DNA of 63,541 nucleotides, the filler included, from Lenisia limosa (lineage: Eukaryota > Protista > Breviatea), in assembly GCA_001655205.1 (NCBI GenBank). It is 10 parts of 10 records of this genome, joined end to end, with 100 filler letters (N's around TTAATTAATTAA, not from the genome) between each part and the next. Parts side by side here need not be neighbours in the genome. Positions count along the whole stretch, not along the records: positions 37,673 to 40,348 come from LPNZ01004086.1; positions 40,449 to 42,743 come from LPNZ01006554.1; positions 42,844 to 52,660 come from LPNZ01007150.1; 7 more parts are not named here. One strand, given 5' to 3'. Position 1 is the first letter of the stretch, and every line of letters starts with the position of its first letter. Made by a program: the position numbers and the translations under genes. Shown one piece after another: positions 37,790 through 51,123 of this stretch. The notes under the pieces were generated by a model that did not search any database, was not told where the DNA came from, and saw nothing but the letters and a program-made list of their open reading frames with translations.

Positions 37790-39945
37790 GCGCAAACGTA
37801 TAGAGTAAGCCTAAACATACCAAGTTTGGCAGCCGAACAGTTAGCGGCAAGCTGCGATACTAATGTTGGCGCTTCTCCTTCTGTTGTCCATGTCACCTGG
37901 TTTGTGAGGGGGGAGAGGAGGAAATTTCAATAGATATTGGGGGAAAGGCACAAATGAATTGAAGAGTTTGAAAATTATGATGAATAGTGCTTCCCTACGG
38001 TCCGATAGACCATCAAAATATCGATAGTTATCGAGGATTTATCGGCAAATTCAGTCTTTTTTTGGTACCGTAAATTAAGAAATTTGAAGCATGACATAGT
38101 GAGCCAAGCATTGGAATTCGAGTCTTTTGCCACACTTCAACAAATTGTAAAACAATTTTGCATATTTAAGCAGGTCTCTCAACCAGATTCTTTACGTAAT
38201 CTTAACCGAGCCCAAAATCCATAATTTTTGGTCAAAAGTAGTCAAAAGCGCTACCCCAAATCCATGGGAAATCCTTACACTCCGAGGTTTCATTCTGGTT
38301 TAGCGGCCTGCTTTAAGAACCCTTACCTGGGGCTTGGAGGCGGGAGGGTCACCGCTGCACACTTCGAAGGAAGGCTTCACCTTGACCGGTCAGGGGGATA
38401 AAATTAAACAATTTATGAAACAAAATAATATAAAAAATAATAAAAGAAATCAACTCTGTTGGCTAGCAACACAAGAGGGTTGATAACGACAAAACAAATA
38501 AAGCCCAGCCATCACTCCAGCGTACGACATAAAGATTCGTCGGTTACTTTGAGACCCAATAGAAAGCGACAGAAACAAGAGAATTTCAAGCCAGTCCCAC
38601 CAACCTGGAAAATAATCTGATCTGACGAGATTGCAGCTACTTCAGCTGGCGAGTAGAGCGTCAGGGAGAGGGCAGGCTGAGGCATGAAAAGTATCATAGT
38701 TGAATGACTAAAAACGTCCTAAAACTGTATGTACTGTATTAAAAAAGGAAAATAATAAAATTCAAAATATAAATGGAAGGCTAATGATTAAAAATCAAAG
38801 TAAAAATAGATAATGATTAATCAATGACAGTGTAATTGTTACTACAAGGTCAGGTTTAAGCATTAATATTGATCACAAAAAAAAGTGGAAGTGAAGGTTT
38901 AATAAGTCAACACTATCACATAAACAACATATGATGCATATCATATATACATATTATATTATATTACATCATATACAGTGTATAATGAGATATATACATC
39001 CCTCACACACACTCAAAGCTGGTAATCCCCCCCCCCCCCCNNNNNNNNNNNNNNNNNNNNNNNNNNNNNNNNNNNNNNNNNNNNNNNNNNNNNNNNNNNN
39101 NNNNNNNNNNNNNNNNNNNNNNNNNNNNNNNNNNNNNNNNNNNNNNNNNNNNNNNNNNNNNNNNNNNNNNNNNNNNNNNNNNNNNNNNNNNNNNNNNNNN
39201 NNNNNNNNNNNNNNNNNNNNNNNNNNNNNNNNNNNNNNNNNNNNNNNNNNNNNNNNNNNNNNNNNNNNNNNNNNNNNNNNNNNNNNNNNNNNNNNNNNNN
39301 NNNNNNNNNNNNNNNNNNNNNNNNNNNNNNNNNNNNNNNGAACACTTCCCCACCAAAGGAACACCCCCCACCAAAGGCATTGGCGCCACTATTGGCCGCG
39401 AGCGTGGCACTGAGCGTGGCAGCAGGCGTGCCAGACACCACCACAGCCGTCCACGTGACCAGAGCCTCATTTGGCCTCCCCGCGAGGCCTGTTGTACCCC
39501 GGGCCGACAACGTCAGCGGACGACAATAGGCGGCCTGGGGGGGGGGGTGAAGGAAATGGGGAAGGAGGTAAAATAAAATAATAGTTAATAACGTTTTTGC
39601 TTGATCTCACAAAAGGGGGCCACCCCCCCACACACACACACATACATACACATGTGCCCGGGAAGCCTTGGCCGATTTGTGAATTCCCAATGAAAATCCG
39701 TCAAGACTTATACCGGTCACTGTACACTCAATTGCCTCACCTTCGAAGGGCCAGAAAGCAGAACCACTGGAGAAACGGGTTCGATGGCGGTGGTAATTTC
39801 ATGGGTGAGATTGGAAGAAAGTGGCAGTGACAGCCCCTTGAAAGCCTTGATAGTGGGAAGGAGGGTCAAGGTGTCAGAAGGATTAACGGTGGCGCCAGCG
39901 CCAAGTTGCAGGGAAAAATCCTTTGACGAGGTCCATGAGCAGCTG
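37790..39945 (-). CDS. REJ-like (polycystin-1/PKD-REJ module) protein, internal fragment
   Basis: CSWTSSKDFSLQLGAGATVNPSDTLTL...PVSPVVLLSGPSK-AAYCRPLTLSARGTTGLAGRPNEALVTW resembles the protist/algal REJ pattern C.W....L...LG..AT...GD...P...LSGP....C..L.L..S...GGR.L...W (family knowledge, not searched). Confidence 0.6.
38381..38525 (-). repeat. Family D copy (REJ-like gene intron)
   Basis: GTACGCTGGAGTGATGG...GTTATCAACCCTCTTGTGTTGCTAGCCAACAGAGTTGATT...TTTGTTTCATAAATTGTTTAATTTTATCCCCC...CAAG|exon. Confidence 0.85.
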
Positions 39946-41179
39946 TAATTGTGAGGGTGATACGACAATAAGGGGGGTAAATGAAATAATTGAAAAAAAA
40001 AAGAAGTCCAAAATCAACTCTGTTGGCTGACNNNNNNNNNNNNNNNNNNNNNNNNNNNNNNNNNNNNNNNNNNNNNNNNNNNNNNNNNNNNNNNNNNNNN
40101 NNNNNNNNNNNNNNNNNNNNNNNNNNNNNNNNNNNNNNNNNNNNNNNNNNNNNNNNNNNNNAAGCAAAAGCTTAGATAACACAAAGTATCAAACAGTTAC
40201 GAATTAGTGAAAGGGGAGGGGAGATTGGTTGGAAATCTTGGAGGGCATGAACCCCCTCCCCCAAACACACGCAACAATAAACATCCCACACACACACACA
40301 ATAATACCCCCCCGCGCCGCCCCGGGTCCCCACCTTGCATCTGAGCCCNNNNNNNNNNNNNNNNNNNNNNNNNNNNNNNNNNNNNNNNNNNNTTAATTAA
40401 TTAANNNNNNNNNNNNNNNNNNNNNNNNNNNNNNNNNNNNNNNNNNNNCTCAGTGTCTCACACAAACTATGGTTAATCAACGGATTTTAGCAAAAAACAA
40501 CCCTAATGTGTCTAAGCTATTCCCCTGCAATGTATTTGTTAAGCCACCTAAGAATAACCTTCTTATTTGACTGACAGAGGGGGTTTATTCCAAGTAGGAA
40601 AATTTGTAACTGTCAGGGTACACTGCCACTATATTTGACGACTACTCCACTTTCGCAGGATAGTTGTTAATCTTTACAGGCATCCGAAAATAGAAGCTCT
40701 TTAACGTCATTTTGAAAAAAAGGTCTAGAGATTGAAGTCCTTCCTAGGCCCTCCTTCCACCCAAAATTAATATATAAACCTAAACTAGACCTCTGTGCTG
40801 CAAATGTGACCCAGAGCTTGTAAATTTTATGTCTGTCTCAGTCGGTGAAAACCTGACCCTCTTTGGGTACTCCTTCCTAGGGGAAAATTTTCCCCCAATT
40901 TTGTTGGATGCTTTGACCTATAATTTTACAAATCGTTATCGATTACCAAGACCCACTTTTGAAAACGAAAAAACTGGTGGACACATATTTGGCCTTTGTT
41001 TTCCTTTCTTTGCATGTCTCATCATTAACCAACCCCCAATTTTTTTTTTTTTGTATCACTGTATAACCATTGCAGACCCCACCAGTGCTTCAACTCAAAA
41101 TGAACCCCGTCAAAATGGAGGTTTGTGAATAACACAAGATGCCCAGCAACTACATTCTTTATAACACCACACAGCTGTA

Positions 41180-41459
41180 AGACAAGATACTTGGGGTAAC
41201 CCTCAATGGCCAACATATTGTTGACGAGTGCACCTATGAACACAGCGATGGAAGGCTATTCCCTCTTCACGAGGCTAGTAACCACAATAAAAGGGTGACC
41301 AGGATGGTCAACGACCTTGCAGCCAAAGGTGGAGTCAAGGACTTTCCAACCGGGGGCAAGGTTCATCGAATCCGTACCTTAAATAACACCACTCAGCAAA
41401 TTCACAAGATCGTCAAGGCAATGGTTGGTTTCGACCCAGAGGCCGACCCCATCAACTGA
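41180..41459 (+). other. Long open coding-like segment (~92 codons, no early ATG); terminal exon or mobile-element remnant
   Basis: DKILGVTLNGQHIVDECTYEHSDGRLFPLHEASNHNKRVTRMVNDLAAKGGVKDFPTGGKVHRIRTLNNTTQQIHKIVKAMVGFDPEADPIN-TGA. It is unusually long for an exon in this genome. No family recognised. Confidence 0.3.
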
Positions 41460-42890
41460 CCACCGTAATTAAAAGAGCCAGACTGTCATGATGCTTGTGC
41501 TAGTTATTACGTTCTCTTTGTTTTGATGTTTTTCCAAGATACATGAGACATCGGTTCAACAACATTAATACTGTTCTCTCCGGTACTCCTGTGAAGGCCG
41601 CTGCACTTGGCAACGTTTCCAAGCCTACTGACGAGATCCCCTCTGAGAGTATTCATCCCGGAGACTTATGGAGGTTAAGAATACAAGAAATTTTGCGGAT
41701 AATTCAAAAATGGAAATAATGGAAAAGCAATGAACAAATATTTCCAAAAATTAAAGCTACCCAAATTAGAAATACTATTAGGTTCAGAATGGAAATGAAA
41801 ACGTTTTTGAAATTTGGGTAGGGGAAAACCCCGATTGTCAGGGGTGGTGTCCCTAGGACGCAAAGGCCAGCCCAGTTGAAAGCCCCCTTTATTTTGGAAA
41901 TAACATCGGCTATGGCTGACAATGTATTGGAGACACAGGCTATAATTCAAAACACAGAGCGTGACATGTGCTGCTTATACCTCCGCCGGAAAGGTTGCTG
42001 CAGTTGTGAAGTGTGAAGCAAATAAATATATATTACTTTATATTTTCTTTCATCTACATAAAACACATATCGATATGGTAAGTCCAAAATAAAAGTTAGA
42101 GGTATCATTTCACAAAATAATGAAATATTAAACGTATATTTGAAGTTCAGAGCAAATAAAATAAATAATAATCATGAACATATAACGCTAAACAAACGAA
42201 TTTACTTAAACAGTGTGCTTCATGATCTTGTTCTCACTTGGTACTATTTCGTCTTTTGTGAGTCAGAAGGCATCAGAAACGTAAAAGATCCTGAGAGCAA
42301 GGTAATACATAGTATTCAGTCATGAAAAATGAATGAGCTCCTGTATAAAGGGAAAAACACCGAGATCAATTGAAAAAGATCACTGAGAAAACCTTAAAAA
42401 GCACACTAAACCTGTTACATCAACATTACATACCTGCAAAACTTGACAAAGAGGGAAAGAAGAGAGGACCAAGGAGAAGCCAACCTGAAGGAAGAGAGGA
42501 CGAAACCCAGTTTAAGCCAAGAGAACAAACTATAGCTAAAAATATTGTGTAATATACATTTTGATGATAGGTTTGGACCAAACGATAAACAACACTCAAC
42601 AATAGGAAGCGTGCAACCAAAGCGAAAGAGGGTAAATAAGGAGCGTATTGAGACAAAAATTGAAAGAAAAGACTTCTTTTTCTCGGTTAAATTATGTTTG
42701 CGGTTTTAACTATATAGGTGACCATACATGAACGCGAACACAANNNNNNNNNNNNNNNNNNNNNNNNNNNNNNNNNNNNNNNNNNNNTTAATTAATTAAN
42801 NNNNNNNNNNNNNNNNNNNNNNNNNNNNNNNNNNNNNNNNNNNCAGCCAACAGAGTTGATTTGGGCGCTTTCTTTCATTAATATCCCCCA

Positions 42891-44906
42891 GGAAATCCGC
42901 AGAGACCCTGAGTTCAGACGACAGTTCTTGAAAATGTGCAATGCGACGGGTGTAGACCCCCTTGCTTGTTCGAGGGAGGCTTTTTTAGCAAGAAGTAATC
43001 TATGATATGTAAGATTATTTAAAAATCTAGGGAAACAAATTAGTACATAGGAGTTCAATAATACTATATTTCCGCACCGCCACGCTCCTTGAAGCGGAGT
43101 TGGCGTTTTTTATATTTTAATCAAAATTGCCTCGGAAAAATCAGCGATGTCATTTTGAGCTCAAAGTTGTATCACATTTTGTATCAAGAAGCCGTCATTA
43201 TTTATATAGGTTACATAATAGGTACTAATTGAAGAAGTCAATGATTTTGTCGATATTGCTCGGTATTTATGCACATTTTATTGATTGTGAAGGGATTCAC
43301 TTTGGTCCGAAAATTGACTGAATGTTGGTAATTCTCGAGAAATTTCGATATAATCCTGGTTCTTTTTTGGACCGGGGTGAAACCTTTCATATCATATCGT
43401 ATAATATATCGAGTGTATCAGACCCATGGTCAGCTGTCCTTGTCATGTTTCACCCATTAGCATCGAAAGGCTTCTGGTCGTCGTTGCTTCAAGTGGGAGA
43501 CTTCTACTATGAAATTGCCATTCAGCTCATTGAAGCTTGTATCCGTAGGTAGAGGATGTTTTTGTGTTGTTTTTTTTTTGTTTTTTTTTTGTAAATGTGT
43601 CCTAGTACTCTCAAATATTTTGAAGATATTTGTGGGGTTGTAAATCAATTTGATTCCAAAAGAATGGTGTTTAGAGTGGTTATTTCATTCCATGAGTACA
43701 GGATATTTAATTGTTACTGGATCTGTTATTCAAGAAATGCTATTTCAGGTCTTTAAAATACATTAATTTGCCCAAACAAAAACCTATCATCTCCCCAAGC
43801 ATCATCACTGACACTCGTAGTGACCCGTGATAACAACGGCGGCATCATAACACTCACGGAGGCTCACAAAAGAGTCGTGAAAATGCGGGCTAAAGGCGCA
43901 AGCGAAGTGTCAGTGTAGGGGGGATGGGGTGAGGTAAGGAGCCCTTGTATTGTTATTTTTCTTAAGTGCATGTAGTAAGTTCGGAATCGGGTAGATGATG
44001 ATGCATTAGGTGTGTGAAAAAAAAACTATTTATCTACCCAGAAGAAAAGTCGATATTCCGCCTTTAACTCGTTCTGCATGTTGATGTTGACACACAAACA
44101 AGCTCGTAAACTTGCTGAACGTCTGCACCTGAAAAAGCCCACATGAATTACATGTAAAAATCTCCGTAAAACTTTTTTTTAGGTGCAGACGTTAAGCCAA
44201 GGGGCATAGTCAGAGTGATACTATATTTCCAAATACTATCACCCAGAGGTTTTCTCACCCCTGAAGGCATGATATTGAGAAAGCTGTCAAAACTGTCAAG
44301 TGCCTTGGTGGCGGAATTGATATTTGTCAACTTGTGAGCTTGGAGTGTGGAATTGATTTTTCCAACTTGTGAGCTTGGTGTGTGGAATTGATTTTGAGCT
44401 TGGTGTGGAAATGTATTGTTGTGATATTTGATAATTCGTTAGTTGATATGATTCTCTGAGTTTAGCTGCTAAGCCGCTAACACCAGCAGGGCCCCCACAA
44501 AGCACTAAAAACGGTCCCTAAAGAGCTTAACATGGACATGGCAACATGTATCGGAGCCAGTGAAAGCGGCAAGGCTTCTGTGACCTCTCTTGGAGCCTCC
44601 CTGGGGTGGTCGAGAGAGAAGGCTGAGAAAGTCTTGGTGGGGGTAGGGGGCAAGATATCAGACGTTTTGTTTATGTTGATAGCAGTCTTCATTACCCCCC
44701 CCCCCCCCCNNNNNNNNNNNNNNNNNNNNNNNNNNNNNNNNNNNNNNNNNNNNNNNNNNNNNNNNNNNNNNNNNNNNNNNNNNNNNNNNNNNNNNNNNNG
44801 GCGCTTACCACCTTAGTCGGACTTGCAGCATGAAGGTATGGCCTGGATCGACCTCCAAACTGGCGGTGAGGTGGACTACTACTTCCCTGCTCTTCTTAAC
44901 TTTTAA
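42891..44906 (+). CDS. SNF8: ESCRT-II subunit SNF8/VPS22/EAP30, 5' truncated
   Basis: [127 protein letters not shown]. All diagnostic SNF8 motifs are present in order. Confidence 0.96.
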
Positions 44907-45094
44907 TTTTATTTAATCTTTCTTCGTTTCTTTCAAATGCAGGAATGCTATGTGGGCTTCTATATCAGTGATTCAAGGATGTTGCCATCACCATGGAGCT
45001 TGCTTGATTTAAAAAAAAACCCCTTTTTTTTCACTGGTTTTTTGGACCCGGATGTTGGGGCAACACTTATGAACATAACATATACATTGGGCAC

Positions 45095-46943
45095 CTAGCA
45101 CTCCTTGGGGAGCTTGAAAACGGAGGTATCGGGGTGGCCCGGGGTCCAATTGAAGACGTCAAGCTGGTCATCAGCGTAGATACCCAGGACGGGGTTGGAA
45201 CCTGTGGGTTTAGCCATAGGTTTATTTTGGGGCTTGAATAATCACACTAAAAATATAATGACTTATGTATGCTACTAGAACCCACCATAGTTGTCAACAA
45301 AGATGACCATTTCAGCGCCACTGGAAGGGTCAACGTAGGTGAATTTCGTGGCAATGGAGCCGCGGAATACAACAGTCTAGGAAGAGATGAATAGGAATAA
45401 AAAACATTTCAAAAAAAACTCTTCTTTTGGGTTATTCTTTAGACCAAGCATAATGGAAACATCGGAGTAAAGAGATAACACAAGTCAGGTATAATTATCA
45501 TCCATAAAAAAAAACTACCCTAGGGTTCGAAAACAGAAAAAATATATTAGGAAATCCTTGTTCTTTTCACCAGGGGCTTGTTAAAAGTAGGAAATTACAT
45601 AAAACCCCTCAAAACTACCAATAACCTTCCAAAAGCCACCCAGCCTACTTCGCTCTCAACATCCCTCTCATTAGGGAGGATAACTGGCTCATAGGCAATG
45701 TCGCGTGACTTCTGTTTGCTGGGTGAGTTGTAATGTTAATAATTAGGCTCTTTAAAAAATGTGCAAAATACATCCTTTATCCTTTTGGGAAATAATTAAT
45801 AAAAAAGACAGCACCATTTGACAAACCTCGCACGAGACGACCTCAAAAGTGGCAATGTCGATGTTCACGTAGTACCCAGTCTACGTGGCTAAAAGTCAGT
45901 TTTGAAGGAATACGTTGCAAATAAAATACTATCATATAATAGTATTCTATGATATATGATCTGTCATTAATTATACATATCATAGTATACATGTTTAAAT
46001 CAACATTTCCTATTTTCTATTGAGAAAATGTCCTTCCCCCCCCCCCCNNNNNNNNNNNNNNNNNNNNNNNNNNNNNNNNNNNNNNNNNNNNNNNNNNNNN
46101 NNNNNNNNNNNNNNTGGATGAAGAGGTCAGAGTCGGTTTCAGCTCTGTAGTCTGGAAAGTGTCACAATATAGTATAGTATGGCTATTATATCATATCATA
46201 TGTACAGTGATTGTGGTAAGATTCGACCGACAGCAACATATTTCACAATAGAAATCGGACAACACTAATGTTTACAGTCATACACCACCAGCAAAAAATG
46301 AAGGAGGAGGGGGGGACTCAACCAAACACATTGTCTTCACCAAATATACTCAAGCAATTATCACCCTATGTAGTGGAAATGATGGTCCATCTACCTTTAA
46401 GCCCAAAGATAAAGAACTAGTACACAAAGGAGAAGATGTACATATTACATTTTCTTTAGTACGCTTTTTTCTCGGACCCCTTTTGTCATCTTGGTTCCCC
46501 GGTATTAAACCTTAAGTGTGCCTTAAACACATAACATGTGATTAGCATATGATTAACCTGTGCGCATAAAAGCACAACGTTGCGGTAAAGGTATTTAAGC
46601 ATCGCGATAATAAAACATTAGGAAGGAATTGACCGGACCCACCCTCCTCGCACATGCCAAGCCCCCCCCCCCCAACAATCCATGCGTGCCATGCGGGCAT
46701 CATTGTCGGAGTAGCTATTAATCAGCGTGTACTGCACCTCCTTATCTATCAGGATGAGATCAGAAGGAGGCTGGGTGGTGGCTGGGAGGAAGCGTCGGCA
46801 AGAAAGGCGGATAGCACCTCACCTAATTCCTGGTAGAAAATGCCACCATTGTAGGACACCGTGTTGACTTCCTCGAAAGATGGGTAAGGCGCTGTTGCTG
46901 CCACACAGAGAGCGAGGGCTAGGAGGACAAGTGCTCGGATCAT
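45095..46943 (-). CDS. Secreted ependymin-related (EPDR/LolA-fold)-like protein
   Basis: Signal peptide MIRALVLLALALCVAA; YSDNDARMARMD (EPDR-like YD..N.R.R.D); TGYYVNIDIATFEVVSC; C-terminal FNWTPGHPDTSVFKLPKEC-TAG, matching the D.SVF..P..C end of EPDR-like proteins. Confidence 0.65.
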
Positions 46944-47484
46944 GTTGCTGTGGAATGTCAGAAATCTGCGAACTTCGAATGGAAGGAAAGGGAGCTATTG
47001 CCTTTTCCTATATTGTTTATCTCGTAAAAATAAAGTTTTTACATACCTAGAAGACCAAAAAGGGGATGATGAAACATAATTTTGGAAAAGATAAGTTACG
47101 GCCGCGCGGTTAAAATGTAAAAAAAAATGAAAAAAATGTGAAATTTATTTACTAATTTACGTTGTAAGAAATTAAGAATTTATATACTCTACCGTAATTA
47201 CTATCTAGAAAGAGAAAACAATGGGAGGTTAGTGAAAAGTCATCGTCTCTTAACGCTTTATAGGGTGTACTCGACTAATTCCAACACTATGTTCTTGTTT
47301 GACAATTGTTATGCTGCTTGGCTCAATTTTCAGTTGGTGGACACTGATGGGCCAAATCTTATCTTTGTCACAGGCCTTCTCTGTGAAGCTGTCCCGCCTC
47401 TTTAAGAATATTATGATATTAATAGTCATTCCATACCTACAATTATATAATTTGTCTCACCCCTTGCCCAATACTGACCACTCA

Positions 47485-50400
47485 GTGAGTTGGTACAAGA
47501 TCACACAGGACACTGAGCTCGTTAAAAGCGACATCACCTTCACTCTTCGGGCCAACATCAACACCAAGGCTACAGTGGGCTGGGGTTGGCGATGTTGCTG
47601 ATCTTGCTAAGTCAACGTAACTATGTTCTTTCAATAACACTAACGACCCATCTCTCGAGTGGCTTGATTCAAATATCACAAGGCTACTGCATCCTTAAAT
47701 GGTCTGAAGCTATCGTTCAACACAAACAAATAGCCTCCATACCCTCATATCTTATAAATATTTCTGGGGTGGCCTCAGATGCGACGTTGCACATCCCGTT
47801 TCACAATCCAGGTCGGCGATAAGAGTGTCGATGATGACGTATTCATGAAGGGTCAGCTCAGGATCCTTTATCTTGCTATGATCATCGTCGTAGGCAGGAG
47901 GAATTGCATCATATGTTGAGAAATAAAGAAGTAACTGACCGAAGCCGCACTATCACGTTATTGGAGTTGATTATCTTGCTATTCATAAAAAAAAACGAAC
48001 ATATTGGGATACAACAAACACAAATTCACAGTACAGGTAATCATTTGCGTGGTATTTGCGGCACTGGCGGCCCTCGGAACCCTTCTGATCATCCTGGATA
48101 CCGACATCATCAACGCAATCACAGACTGCATCCCATTCGTCCCTTCACCACGGGTTTGAGGGGTCCTTTGTCATAATGTGGCAAATTCTCACGGAAGCTC
48201 TGATTTGTGGGGGGTGGAGTACCTTTAGTTTTGAAGGGGAGAACCAATGGTAGAATCCTGTTTAGCATACTTTCAAAATAAACTGAAGGATTAACAAATC
48301 CCTGATAAATATCAATATTTGATATCATATGGAATGTGGAGCTTTTATACAGCATATCATATCAAAATTCTGTAATTACACGTATTTATACCTATTATTA
48401 TTTCACCATTTGAACCGCCCTCTTTTTGATGCGTCTAAAACCCCGTCATCTTAAACATAGATTTTTTTTTTTGCTCATTCGTTAATCCAATATTTCCTTG
48501 CTGAGGAGAATATTTCTTGACCTGCTTCAGAAGCTAGCAAGTTGTTTTACTTTGATGGCGACGGTTGCGCTCATTGCGGCAATGGTGTACTTCGGGTCGA
48601 AACACGCGGACGCTCTCTGGGACCATCATGTGGGTAAAGGGGGGAAAGAGTATCTGTTATGGGGGGGGGGGGGNNNNNNNNNNNNNNNNNNNNNNNNNNN
48701 NNNNNNNNNNNNNNNNNNNNNNNNNNNNNNNNNNNNNNNNNNNNNNNNNNNNNNNNNNNNNNNNNNNNNNNNNNNNNNNNNNNNNNNNNNNNNNNNNNNN
48801 NNNNNNNNNNTGTCATATATAATACATATTTGCAGTATATTTTTGGAGTCAGATTTTTTAGCATAATCTTGAGAGCAAAGACATACAGCACATGATAATG
48901 GATAATGTATGTAGATACTACAGGAAAGGTCATAAAACAAGGTCACTTTCTCGAGCAATTCTTGACCATGAAGCCCCAGGTGTAACCAATATAGGGATCA
49001 ATTACTACAAGACCTTTTCTGGAACCGAGGGGGGCACTAAATCAGCCAACTCCACTCAGGTTTGCATGTTTTTGCCAACAGTTCNNNNNNNNNNNNNNNN
49101 NNNNNNNNNNNNNNNNNNNNNNNNNNNNNNNNNNNNNNNNNNNNNNNNNNNNNNNNNNNNNNNNNNNNNNNNNNNNNNNNNNNNNNNNNNNNNNNNNNNN
49201 NNNNNACTACTTATATTTTGGGTTGCTTCCACGTTCTTTGCCCCAAAATACCCATTTCTCCAAACTTTGTTTACTTTTATTGATTTCAAAACTTCGTTGA
49301 TATTTAGACAACAGAGTTGATATCTTTGTTTCATATTTTCCGCGTTGTTCACCCCCCAGGTTCTCAACCCAGACCTGAAATGGGGTCCCGATGCCGGCTT
49401 TGGCATGTTCGTTTTCTCGGCCTTGATCATGGGAGGTGAGGGGGCATCTTTCAAGCTTGACAACGTACAAGCCAGTTGAGTTGATTTTGGGTTTCTATTT
49501 TCACCCCCCCCCTCCCCTCTGCAGTCATGACCGTGGTTCTCTGCTGTTGCGGAGATGAAGAAACGGAGGTTGAAGAAATCACGTCAGATGAACAGCTTCA
49601 GCCAAAGGAGGAGCCGTTTATGGAGAAAAAACCAGTGGAGAAGGAGGGTGCCGAGAAGCCAATGGAGAAAGAAGGGGCGGAGAAGAAGCCTGACGAGGGT
49701 GAGTTGATTGTTCCTCCGCCGCCTCTTGTTGATGATAAGAAGAAGGAGGAAGAGGTCAAGGATACAACCGGGCAGGAGGCTTGGGAGAAGGAAGGAGCTG
49801 AAATCAAGGTGAGCCAAGCTCCTTGGTATTTTGTGTTTATTTTGGTAATATAAACTAAAAACATCCGTGAATACTGATACGGCTTCACCTTGAAAAAGAT
49901 CAAAATTTAATCGCTTTTTTTCGGGCTGAAATGAAGCCCTAATTGCGCTGTCAACATGCATAAGTGTGTTATTCTATTATTCAACACGTCTTTCCCCGTG
50001 ATCGAGTGGACGACTTTGGCCGGATAATCCGTATTTTTACTTCTCCATCATATAGTATAAATACCACATATATCGATATACTTGACATATGAGATATATT
50101 GTAATAATATGAAGCTGAGTTTGGTGTGTTAACGTTTCGTTTCAGGAAGGAGAAAAGACTGCCTTGCAAGAGGAGAGGGAGGAAGAAGCAAACAAATCTG
50201 ATTCAGACAAGGACACACCAAGGTATGAGCTATATCAGAGTAACAATGTCTCCCTACGGTCTCAAAATAAGACCCATTTTGAATCCTTCCGGATAAACAT
50301 CGGCAGTCACAGTCCTTTTCGGACCAAAGTGAAGACAAGTGGAAATATGATGAAATTCTGGACAATGATAGAGGAGGAATCATAGTGAATGTCTGCCTGC
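47485..50400 (+). CDS. Claudin/PMP22-superfamily-like tetraspan membrane protein with acidic cytoplasmic tail
   Basis: Hydrophobic exons LRILYLAMIIV-VIICVVFAALAALGTLLII, LASCFTLMATVALIAAMVYF and WGPDAGFGMFVFSALIMG-VMTVVLCCC, followed by an E/K-rich tail with EKEGAE repeats (ORF 49527-49853). The start is uncertain. Confidence 0.55.
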
Positions 50401-51123
50401 TGTTCATTTTCTGACTTGTGTAGGAGCGAAGCCAAACTGGAGGAGAAATCAGACGTGAGGGGGAGGGGCTTTCTTCGTTTTGGGTGTTGGGGTTCTCGAA
50501 TGGAATGGCTCTATTTTCTCTCAATTCAATACCCAGTCTTACATAATAGGATGAAAACGTTTTAGAGGAAGTTGGAGAGAAGTTGCTTGGAGGCCTCAAG
50601 GGGAAGTTTGGATTCTGAGCCTGTCGCTATTAGGTCGTGTATTTGTGCTTTATTAAACTAGGTTTTGACATGTATTTAACAACTCATCTCACCGAAGTCC
50701 AAACCCCGCGTACTTTGCAATTATCCTGGTTATGTAGATATCATATGATACCATAAAGTGTATTGTACTCTTCTTTTCTCAATATCATAAGCATATCATC
50801 TCACCCAGATGTAATGGATGTGTTTGGAGTTCGAAACCAAACTTCCACCCACGTATCAATGCTTGTCATCCACTGGAGATTTTTTGATTCTCTGGACTGT
50901 TTCATTGATTCCAAATTAAATTCTGATTCTGTTTTTTTTTATCTTTTCTACTGTTATTTATACCAACACCCAGAACCAAGGGGTGTATATATCTCTTACC
51001 TTATACTTCTACCCATGCCCAGATCCTACACCTTAAGTTTATAGAAAAATAGAAAAAGAATAGTAAAGAGTATATCAACACAAAACAGCGAACAACGAGC
51101 AGGTGAGACCACACAACATAGCG

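Noticed and set aside
46690-46710. GC donor in the EPDR-like gene
   Set aside because: Extending the exon to GAT T|GTTGGG gives a GT donor in phase with the next exon (MD-YYRAE).
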